The notes under the pieces: model-generated
What the model saw: only the letters and a program-made list of their open reading frames with translations
What the model was told of the DNA's origin: nothing
Database searches by the model: none
Shown here: in pieces, positions 36,901-48,900 of the stretch
Numbering within the stretch: position 1 is the stretch's first letter
How the letters are laid out: each line of letters begins with the position of its first letter
Assembly: GCA_030390025.1 (NCBI GenBank)
Contig: CM059433.1
Location: 27,530,001-27,594,000 of the forward strand
DNA length: 64,000 nucleotides
Direction: 5' to 3'
From: Squalus acanthias
Lineage: Eukaryota
Position numbers and translations under genes: made by a program

Positions 36901-39900
36901 TATGTCTCTTGCATGCATGCCTCCAACATTGCAGTTCTTCGTAATGGATAGACAAATTTATTTGAACAAACATTAAAAGCACATCTAAGATTTGGATTGC
37001 TATTGACCAAAGTAAAGATTGAAGGACATCCTCATACTATTGCAACTACTGAATAAAGGAGTTATAATCAAGTGCATTCCCTCTATCGCAGCTTAAGTGA
37101 CTCACATCGCCAATCTTAGAATATTATTACTATTTAAATGCTCTGATTTTCTTTAACATAGCATAAAATCATAGACGTCTACAAGCAGGGACAGATTCTT
37201 ATTTATTTTGCTGAAGGTTGTTGACCACTGGAAACTAGTTTGAAAATTTCCCCAAAGTAATTTAACAAGTGACCTTTATCAGTTGTTAGAGAAAATAAAG
37301 CTTTATCCCATTTCTCTGGTCTGGTCCCAGAAGTAGAAGAGATCTTTCAGTTGTGACAATGTAGCTCCATTACATATTCATTATCCTGTACAAATATTAA
37401 AAGCACTGAGGGCCTTAAGTTTCAAGAGTAACAAACATGTGTTATTATGACTTAAAGGCAGTTACACTTTCAAGGTGATGTTTATCCTGAAGTCCTAAAA
37501 TTTAGAAAGCTGCATAATTAACCTTTAGGCTGCTGAAAATGTAAAACTAGATTTGAATACAGTTCTGACGAAAGATCATCGACCTGAAATGTTAACTCTG
37601 TTTCTCCCTCCACAGATGCTGCCTGATCTGCTGAGTATTTCCAGCATTTTCTGTTTTTATTCTATATTTGAATACATAATGGTGTTCAGGTTAATGCACT
37701 TCAAAACTTTTTCTTATGTATATTTCTATCAAGCCACCAGGAATTGCAGGGTAGATTCCATTCTTGGAACAGCCTGGAGCTTATTGCTCCAAACTCAAAA
37801 ACCACAGCCTGGAATTTCCTGCATGGGTGAAACTCAGAAATTGGACCTGAAATTACACTCATTCCAGCGCCCATTCTACCAATGTCAAGTAATGCTCAAA
37901 TTTCAAAAATGAAAATATCATCCTTCACAAGAGCTAGGGAGCCATGAAGCAAGCTACAGAAGCCAGTGAGGAGCTACAAGTCAAGATCAAATTAATGGTG
38001 GTCTATCTGTGCCTCAAATACAGTATTTGTGGTGAACAAAACAAAATAAATTATGTCACCCTGGCCATACCTGCTATTATGTCACCACCCATATCTGTAG
38101 CAATTGGCATATTTACCTGACAATGACCAAAGGCAATTGCCTCTGCAGGTTACAGGTTAGCCAGCAACGGTAGCGTAGTGGTAATGTCACTGGACTAGTA
38201 ATCCAGAAGGCCTGGACTAATGATCTGGAGACATGAGATCAAATCCCACCACTGGCAGCGGGGGAATTTAAATTCAGTTAATTAAATAAATCTGGAATAA
38301 AAAGCTAGCATCAGTAACTATGAGATTGTCGTAAAAACTCATCTGGTTCACTAACGTCCTTTAGGGAAAGAAATCTGCTGTCCTGACCTGGTCTGGCCTA
38401 TATGTGACTCCAGACCCACAGCAATGTGGTTGACTCTTAACTGCCCTCTGAAATGGCCTAGCAAGTCACTCAGTTGTAACTAACCGCTACGAAACATAAT
38501 AATAAGAATGAAACTGGCTACGGACATGGCAACAGCACAGCACACCCAACCCTGCAAAGTCCTCCTCACCAACATCTGGGGACTTGTGCCAAAATTGGGA
38601 GAGCTGTCCCACAGACTAGTCAAGCAACAGCCTGACATAGTCATACTCACAGAATCATACCTTTCAGCCAAACTCCTCCATCACCATCCCTGGGTATGTC
38701 CTGTCCCACAGTAGTATACAGTCAGGAAAGAGTGGCCCTGGGAGTCCTCAAGATTGACTCCAGACCCCATGAAGTCTCATGGCTTCAGGTCAAGCATGGG
38801 CAAGGAAACCTCCTGCTGATTACCACCTACCGCCCTCCCTCAGCTGATGAATCAGTACTCCTCAATGTTGAACACCACTTGGAAGAAGCACTGAGAGCAG
38901 CAAGGGCACAGAATGTACTCTGGGTGGGGGACTTCAATGTCCATCACCAAGAGTGGCTCGGTAGCACCACTACTGGCCGAGTCCTGAAGGACATAACTGC
39001 CAGTCTGGGCCTGCGACAGGTGGTGAGAGAACCAACAAGAGGGAAAAACCCTACTTGTCCTTACCTGTCGCAGATGCATCTGTCCATGGCAGCAGTGATC
39101 ACCGCACAGTCATTGTGGAGACGAAGTCCCGTCTTCACACTGAGAACACCCTCCATCGTGTTGTGTGGGATAGATCTAGCAGCTCAAAATTGGGCAGCAA
39201 CAGAATTGTATTCCACCACAATCTGTAACTGCCTAGCATATCTCTCACTCTACCATTACCAACAACGAGTGTAGAAGAGCATGCCAGGAGCAGCACCAGG
39301 CGTACCTAAAAATGAGGTGCGAAGCTGCAACACAGGACTACATGCATGCTAAAAAGTGGAAGCAGCATGCTATAGACAGGGCTAAGCGTTCCCACAATCA
39401 ACGGATCAGATCAAAGACCTGCCACATCCAGTCGTGAATGGTGGTGGACCATTAAACAACTAACGGGAGGAGGAGGCTCCAAGAATATCCCCATCCTCAA
39501 TGATGGTGGAGCCCAGCACGTGAGTGCGAAAGACAAGGCTGAAGCGTTTTCAGCCAGAAGTGCCGAGTGGATGATCCATATTGGCCTACCCCCGAGGTCC
39601 CCACCATCACAGAAGCCATTCTTCACCAATTCGATTCACTCCTCATGATATCAAGAAACGGCTGAGCGCACTGGATACAGCAAAGGCTATGGGCCCCGAC
39701 AACATCCCGGCTATCGTGCTGAAGACTTGTGCTCCAGAACTAGCCGTGCCTCTAGCCAAGCTGTTCCAGTACAGCTACAACACTGACATCTATCCGACAA
39801 TGTGGAAAACTGCCGAGATATGTCCTGTCCACAAAAAGCAGGACAAATCCAACCCGGCCAATTACCGCCCCATCAGTCTACTCTCAATCATCAGCAAAGT

Positions 39901-42900
39901 GATGGAAGGTGTCATTGACAGCGCTATCAAGCAAAACTTTACTCACCAATAACCTGCTCATTGATGCCCAGTTTGGGTTCCGCCAAGACCACTCGGCTCC
40001 CGACCTCATTACAGCCTTGGTCCAAACATGGACAAAGGAGCTGAATTCCAGAGGTGAGAGTGACTGCCCTTGACATCAAGGCAGCATTTGACCGAGTCTG
40101 GCATCAAGAAGCCCTAGTAAAACTGAAGTCAATGGGAATCAGGGGGAAAACGCTCCACTGGCTGGAGTCATACCTAGCACAAAGGAAGATGGTTGTGGTG
40201 GTTGAAGGTCAATCATCACAGCCCCAGGACATCGCTGCAGGAGTTCCTCAGGGCAGTGTCCTAGGCCCAACCATCTTCAGCTGCTTCATCAATGACCTTC
40301 CCTCCAACATAAGGTCAGAAATGGGGATGTTCGCTGATGACTGCACAGTGTTCAGCACCATTCGCAACTCCACAGATAATGAAGCAGTCCATGCCCGCAT
40401 GCAACAACACCTGGACGATGTTCAGGCTTGGGCTGATAAGTGGCAGGTAACATTCGCGCCACAGAAGTGCCAGGCAATGACTATCTCCAACAAGCAAGAG
40501 TCTAACCACCTCCCCTTGACATTCAATGGCATTACCATCGCCGAATCCCCCACTATTAACATCCTGGGGATCACCATTAACCAGAAACTTAACTGGACCA
40601 GCCACATAAATACTGTGGCAACAAGAGCAGGTCAGAGGCTAGGTATTGTGTGGTGAGTGTCTTACCTGCTGACTCCCCAAAGCCTTTCCACCATCTACAA
40701 GGCACAAGTAAGGAGTGTGATGGAATACTCTCCACTTGCCTGGATGAGTGCAGCTCCAAAAACACTCAAGAAGCTCGACACCATCCAGGACAAAGCAGCC
40801 TGCTTGATTGGCACCCCATCCACCACCTTAAACATTCACTCCCTCCACCACCTGCGTACCGTGGCTGCAGTGTGTACCATCTACAAGATGCACTGCAGCA
40901 ACTCGCCAAGGCTTCTTCAGCTGCACCTCCCAAACCTGCGACCTCTTCCACCTAGAAGGACAAGGGCAGCAGGCGCATGGGAACACCACCACCTCCAAGT
41001 TCCCCTCCAAGTCACACACCATCCTGACTTAGAAGTATATCGCCGATCCTTCATCGTCGCTGGGTCAAAATCCTGGAACTCCCTACCTAACAGCACTGTG
41101 GGAGTACCATCACCACACGGACTGCAGCCGTTCAAGAAGGCGGCTCACCACCACCTTCTCAAGGGCAACTAGGGATGGGCAATAAATGCTGGCATTGCCA
41201 GCAACGCCCTGATCCCATAAACAAATTTTTAAAAAAGCAAGTTGCAGTAAACATCTGTAGGGCAATCTGGATGTCCATTATTGGACATGCATGATGCAGC
41301 TAGGTTATATCACAATGATTTGAGGTGTGAAGCTCTTAAAACATGTCAATGTGGTAAGGCTTTCATTTGTACATTGCATGTTGAATGTCCTGAGGTCTGG
41401 ATATGCACTAGTTGCAATGAAAGAGCTTCAAGATTGGGTGGGGAAATCGGATGGAAAGTCAAGGCAAGCGAGGGTGGTGAGGAGGAAACAGAGAGGGAAG
41501 GAACTTAAATTCAAGGCCACTGGGAGCAGCAAGGAGAAAACAGAGAGGAAGGAGGCATGGACTCAATATTGCCAAAAATGGCAAAAGGAAGAAAAAAACA
41601 TGACATCGGCAGGAAGGAAACAACAAGGGCAGTCAACTCAAAATCGCACAAGAAAATGAAGAACCAGAACTATCAGTAGCCAGTCAGATGAAACAATACA
41701 GCATACCAGACAACCCTGGCCCACTTTAATCCCTGATCTGCTGTAGCACAAACTATTCTGTTGTAGCTTTTGCCAGGCCACCTTAATTTTCGGAGACTAT
41801 TTGAAAAACTACAGAAGTGTTTGGCACAGCCACGGTTACTTATCACATCATCAACGACATCACTGTGTATCTCTTTTTACAAATAAATGGTAAAATATCT
41901 GTATAATTACATAAAAATATTTACGACAGTATATTTATCAGGTTAGTGGCTTATTTATCAGGTTAGTGGCTTAAATTGACTTCAGATTTCACCATACCTG
42001 GAGATTTTTCACTTTCTTGAACTGATGGTTCACCTAGTGGTTTATTTATACTTTCTTCATTTTGCCATGAGGCTGATGTGGTTGGTGGCCAGGTTGTTGC
42101 AGACATCAAAACTGATGGAGATACAGTCGTTACAATTTTTGGAGTATCATCTGTTGGCGTCATGTTACCCTCTAGAGGTGATTGTGCACTGCTTTTCCAT
42201 GATGCACTGTCAGTTGTCTGAAATGAAGCAGCAGTCGGATATTGATTGAGAAGAGGCGCTGCAGATACATTCTCAAATGAAAGGTCATCTGAAGAGCCAG
42301 AAGTAATGGCGAGTTCAAAATAAGCAGTTGGGACCTCACTGGGCAGAGAAATTTCTGGCAAAAGCCCCAATCCCACGCCAGTGACAAATGGACTCTCAGC
42401 TGTGGTGGCATAGTGTATATGTTTTAATTTTTCACTCTCAGTTGAGGTAGAATGGGATAACATTTCACTGTCTGTAACATTAGATGGACCTGTTGAGGTA
42501 GACTGGGATAGGACTTCACGCTCTGTAACATTAGATGGACCTGTTGAGGTAGACTGGGATAGGACTTCACGCTCTGTGACAGTAGATGGACCTGTTGAGG
42601 TAGACTGAGATAACATTTCACTGTCTGTAATATTAGATGGACCTGTTGAGGTAGACTGGGATAACACTTCACGCACTGTGACAGTAGATGGATCTGTTGA
42701 GGTAGACTGGGATAGGACTTCACGCTCTGTAACAGTAGATGGATCTGTTGAGGTAGACTGGGATAAGACTTCACGCTCTGTGACAGTAGATGGACCTGTT
42801 GAGGTAGACTGAGATAACATTTCACTGTCTGTAATATTAGATGGACCTGTTGAGGTAGACTGGGATAACACTTCACGCACTGTGACAGTAGATGGATCTG

Positions 42901-45900
42901 TTGAGGTAGACTGGGATAGGACTTCACGCTCTGTGACATTAGATGGACCTGTTGAGGTAGACTGGGATAACACTTCACGCTCTGTAACATTAGATGGACC
43001 TGTTGAGGTAGACTGGGATAACACTTCACGCTCTGTAACATTAGATGGACCTGTTGAGGTAGACTGGGATAGGACTTCACGCTCTGTGACAGTAGATGGG
43101 CCTGTTGAGGTAGACTGGGATAACACTTCACGCTCTGTAACATTAGATGGACCTGTTGAGGTAGACTGGGATAGGACTTCACGCTCTGTGACAGTAGATG
43201 GACCTGTTGAGGTAGACTGGGATAACACTTCACGCTCTGTAACATTAGATGGACCTGTTGAGGTAGACTGGGATAGGACTTCACGCTCTGTGACAGTAGA
43301 CGGACCTGTTGAGGTAGACTGGGATAACACTTCACGCTCTGTGACAGTAGATGCGTCTGTTGAGGTAGACTGGGATAACACTTCACGATCTGTGACAGTA
43401 GATGGGCCTGGTGAGGTAGACTGGGATAACATTTCACCATCTGTCAGAGTAGAAGATTGAGCTGTTGAGCTAGGCCACAATAGCATTTCATTCTCAGTAG
43501 GAGTAGGAGATGAATCTGTTGAGGTTGCCTGCAATACTTCACCAGTTATGAGTGTAGCAGATGATTCAATTGGGGTGGGGCGTGATAACATTTCACTATC
43601 TATCAGAGTATCAAATGAATCTGTGGAAATAGTTTGCAGTAAAATTTGGCTATCTGTGGGAGTAGGAGATGGCTGTGTTGATGCAGACATTGACAGGATT
43701 TCATTAGCTGTGAAACGAGCAGCTGGATCTGTGGAGACAGACTGCAATAGTATTTCACTAGCCGTTAAAACTGCAGACAGATTTGTAGAGGTAGAACGCA
43801 ATACCTCAAAATCGTCTGCTGATTCTCCATGAGGTAACGATGCGCCGTGCCCTGTGAATAACATAAATGCTTAAAAATCAGCACAATTCAAAGAAAGTGA
43901 ATATATTCCAATGACAGTTGTTCAAGTAATGCACTGTTCTGGATAATATTTCAAATAAAATGAATATTCATCTTGGGGTGACGAAGCCAGTGACGAAGCC
44001 AGTTTGGACATGTCTAAGGGCTCCGCAATGTGACATCACTGACTATGGGAATTGGCCTTCACAGATATTTTCGTTGTAAACTTTCTTCTCCAAATCTGTG
44101 AAATATGTAAGTGAATAAACTACATTTTAACTGAATGAAATAATTTAAGGGATGTGCTATGATTTCACTTTAGGGCAATCTCTAGACAATGCTGCACATT
44201 TAAATTATACAAACATTTAAAACAATAAAATATTGACCTCAAAAATTGGCAGCGATACTGAAGATTATGGTGTAGTCACTAATGTGATATTTATAAGTAA
44301 AGCTAACCAGGTAACTAACTCATTGGTGCCAAATTTTAAGTGGTTTATAGTCAGCCTATGACACTGCTGGTAATAATATAACACTTGCAGAAATATGTTC
44401 AACTGGATCTATTCAATTGGTGAGTTTTTACAGCCCAAGGTCATCAGTTGAAATGGTGTTGTAATGTTAGTTTGTTGTTTTCTTTATATTTCTACTGATA
44501 TTTCACCAGGACTATCATTAGAAATGTGTTTTCAACAAAAATAAACACTCCTTCGCGCCTTGGCAACCAGTGAAAAAAATGGGGTATAAATTCACCTTGG
44601 ATGGTAGCACAAAATGGACAACAGGGAATTGCAGCCTATTTTACGCTCCCCCGATTTTCATTTGAAGTCACTGGAAAAGAAAATGGGGCAGATTGCAAAA
44701 CGGGCTGATGATTCACTGCCACCCGTTTTGCTCCACTGCCCAAGACGAGTTTATATCCCAATGTTGACACAGCTGGAGTGAAATCCACAGTGAGATAGGA
44801 CTATAGCCGTGTGAAAGCACAGCAATCAGGATTTCTTTATTATAATGGGGGTGAAATTCAGTGGAAAGGAATATTGGGTGGGGTGTATAATGGACAGCCG
44901 ATTTGATACCAGCCCGTTTTGTGCCCCCACCAAAGCTGAATTTTATCCCCATATATCCTCTGGATAGTACTTTGTTGTTGAGTAGGACGTTCATTATTCC
45001 ACTGTACTGGCAATCTTCCACAAGCCTTTGTCGAGCCAAATCAAATTATTTAACCAATTTAAACAAAGTACTGTAGCTGTAGTGGTGCCCATAAGTATTC
45101 TTTGCTAATGGCAAAGTCCGTTGTCCACTCACCAGACAATTCTACCTTTAGTCATTATATAAGTAGCAATACCATAACTACAGCACTTTGTCAGTAGTAT
45201 TTTGTGTTTTTGATCGTCAATTTATTTCAAAAAGAGGTTTTTGGCCTGATTATCTCCCCGTCAAATCTGGTACATTTCTTTTTATGGAGTGTTTCCTTTA
45301 GCACACATCTACTCAGCCAGCACCAAGCCAGATATTATAAATTCCTAATTTTAAAAAATGCACCCAGAAAAATGTAGAGCACAAGAGCCCCATGAAAGAT
45401 ATGGGTTCAAGCCCCCAGTCTGGTAAGTTATTTATCTGTGTGGGTGTGACGCGGTGCTTAGTGGAGGGCATACTCCTTTGCATGTTGGAGAAAGGAAAAT
45501 CAGCAGGAAGATCACCTTAGGGACCCTGTCATATGCCTGTTCAATAACAACCAACTCATGGTGGCAGTAATGGCCGCCTGAAGGTAGTTTGCTCACCTTT
45601 CTGTGCCCTGTCGAGTACATGTGTTGAATTTCACAAGTAGATCAAGGACTTTGGAAGAAAATAGAAGGAATTGATACCCTCACAAAAAAACTTCTAAAAA
45701 TTTCTGCACCCTGAACTCTAGCTTATAGGACAGAATTATGAGCAAGAACATCTGAGCCTAGTTGGCAGAGAGTGCTGAAGTATGATCCAGGGTTGTATCT
45801 CCCTGCTAAATTTCTTGTCTACTTGTTAGATAGCCACCTTGCCTCCACTCAGTGTTGTGCCTAATAGCCCAGGCAAGATTGACAGCTCAAAGCCTAAATG

Positions 45901-48900
45901 GAAATGCCATAATCAGATCTTCCTCTCACTATACATGAAGTGTAAAAACTATATAAATTGAAGGGAAGTAGCTTTAAGGTAAAATTTTCCAATTTTTATA
46001 GCTGCTATTTGAAAATTGTACAGCCAATACATTAACGTAGTGTTGTTTCTAAGTTTCTTACATTTTTATACAAGCATATATTTTCCCATGTAACCTCCAT
46101 TTCTGTCCCCTTTCCTTTTTTGTATTACGGTTACTTGCGTCTGCATTCTCCAGCTATAGCTTATTGAATATGAACCTCACAGTAGGACTGCAAAATTCAA
46201 TCCACCTGACTGGATAGTTTGCATCTGAATATCCAGTAAAATAGTGAGATTAGAAGTCCTGAGGGTATAATTTTGACTTTGGGTGATAGTGTACAACAGA
46301 CGATATCTGATCAGCCGCCTGTTATAAATCTCTTCCCATTTCATTTCCATTGACTTCAACAGAAATAAAAATCGGGAGAGATGTACAACGGGCATCTGTG
46401 CCAATTATAAATCTAGAACAGCATTAACTTTTATTTACTAGAGCAAAGAATCACTGGGGGGAATTTTAACCCCCAAAAACAGGTGAGTTTGGGTCGGGTG
46501 GTATGTAAAAATTTTAAAAATCTGAAACTCGACCCCAATCCACATCCAACCTGTTCATTTCTGTTTTAACAGAGGCAGGACCAGGGGGATAGGCAGCCAA
46601 CCCGCTCCCAGGAGACAGGTTGGTCATTTAAATATTATAATGAGGCTGCATGCCTCAGAATTAACCACCTTTTTAAATTTAATCCTGGTCAGCCAGGTTT
46701 CCCGGGCCTCAGGAAACTCAGCAGCTAAAGGGAAGCGAGGACTGCTGGATCCAGGAGTTAAGTGCCTTTCCACTTATCTGCTGGATCCAGTTTACCTGCT
46801 TCAATCATCCCCCCCTCCCCGACACTGATCCTTCCGATCTCTCCCCTGAAGTCCCCGATCTCCCCCCTCCCCGAGGCCTCCGATCTTCTCCACCACCGAC
46901 CCTTCTGATCTCCCCCTGAGGCCTCCAATCCTTCCCTCCATCCTTTCCACACCACAGCTGCGGCCTGGTGCCAAAGGCCTATCCGCCTGTCAGCCAGCCA
47001 GCCTCTCAATCTGGCTGACTGCGGCCGGGAAAAGGAGACAAAAAATGTTAATCAGGTCCTGCCGTTAAATTCTTCTGGGTTTCCCGACCGCAAAACAGCC
47101 CCCCACTCTGCTCCTTCCTTGCCTCCGAGCTAATATCGGGGCCATTTCAGGTAAAAAAATGTTTTTGCTTTATGTGAAAGGTTCTGAAATTTAGTTATCA
47201 ATTTTAGCAGACCTTGAACCACTCTGCATTAGTGGCAAGATGGAAGTTGAGACACAACAGTAATAAATTATAGCAATTCATTCTCTCTGCTATTGAAGTG
47301 TTGCTCGTAACCAAGTTCAACTCTTCTTCAGCCAAGCCTATTCAGGCCATCTTTGAACTTGTCTGACCTCTTAGTCATAGACCCATCTGTTATGCAGCAA
47401 GAGCTTAAGAACTTCTTAGGCTCTAATACTACAGGTCTGGATCAGATCTGTGCAAAGTTATTTAAATTTGCTACAGATGTGCTTCCTGAGACATATAATG
47501 AATCTGTCCTATTAGATTTAGAATGGATATATACTGACAGGCACATTCCATAAAGTTGATATTATCAATTGCCAGACAATTTCTATTTTTCTAGAAAGTT
47601 CTAAGGGCACATTTGCTCTGTAGCAACCAGTCTGATATCAGTTTGAGTTCCAGCCAGGCAGCACCACGTTTGCATTGCTTGACTCCTGCTTGCCTGGACA
47701 TGTCCTGTCCCAGGAGAGAGCTCTGCTCATACCTGGATACATACATGTGCAGAGTGCACTCCCAACTGTTAGAAATGTCAATGTTTAGAGTGTGCTGAGA
47801 GCAGAACCCCTGTTCCCAAACATTTTAACTACGGTTTTACACTGCAAGGTGGAAATCGCTTCACACCAACACTGAACTTGCAGTGTAAATGCAGAAGTAT
47901 TGGTTATTCTTTCATAACAACCTGATGTGTAACATACCTTTGAACAGTGGATCTCTATTCCTTTAACTTGTCTATTCTAAAACTGCTATCCTTTATGGAT
48001 TGAGAGCTTCTCAGCCATTCATTTCAATAAGCACTTGTGCAATTTTCTCACAAAGCAGTATAATCACAGTGCATCTGACGAATTATTATTAGTTTTTAGC
48101 CCGTCCAATATAACAGTAACATAGAAACTAGGAGCAGGAGTAGGCCATTCGGCCCGTCGAGCCTGCTCCACCATTCAATACGATCATGGCTGATCATCCA
48201 AATCCAGTACCCTGTCCCCTGCTTTCTCACACAGAATCCCCATCGAGCCTGCACCGACACATATCCCACCCTATCCCCGTAACCCCACGTATTTAATTCC
48301 CCCTAACATATCCCATCCTATCCCTGTAACCCCACATATTTAATCCCCCCCCCTAACACTAAGGGTCAATTTATCATAGCCAAATCAACCTAACCCGCAC
48401 ATTTTTGGACTGTGGGAGGAAACCGGAGCACCCGGAGGAAACCCACGCAGACACGGGGAGAATGTGCAAACTCCACACAGACAGTCACCCGAGGCCAGAT
48501 TCGAACCCTGGTCGCTGGCGCTGTGAGGCACCAGTGCTAACCACTATGCCACCGTGAACATGATTCAAATGTGGTCTGCAGGTTCAACGCCAGATGATTG
48601 TGTATATAGGCTTTGACTTGTATCTGTTTCAATCAGTGTGCCTTCTGTGTGGATCACTGCTTTTCCGATTATAAATTAACCAACTTCAAGTTGTATGCAC
48701 CTAAGCCAAACTTTATTTGGATGCATGTGTTTAATACAGAAACAACTACCTTAACGATGTCAAAAATAATACTTAATGCGGCTTTCAAATGGTCTATATG
48801 TGGTTACAGTTGCTACGTTCAAGGAGTTCCAGCTCTTGGTTTGAAGCTCAGTGCTATCCGCCACTGGACTACCTCCTTGAATGAATATCGTTGAGGTGGC

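Noticed and set aside
38160..38255. Functional tRNA gene (also the head of 48115-48556)
   Set aside because: A and B boxes are present, but I cannot form a cloverleaf and the sequence continues into retroposon body.
41932..41973. 20-bp tandem duplication just past the mucin exon donor (and a 12-bp one near 43978-44001)
   Set aside because: Ordinary slippage duplications with no evident functional consequence.
42440..43432. CRISPR-like regular array
   Set aside because: Head-to-tail units with no unique spacers, inside a eukaryotic exon.
42424..43460. 338-aa minus ORF ([14 protein letters not shown] repeats) and 192-aa plus ORF ([11 protein letters not shown] repeats)
   Set aside because: Shadow frames of the 51-bp repeat. 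They close at the array edges, whereas the Ser/Thr frame stays open on both sides and has phase-compatible splice sites.
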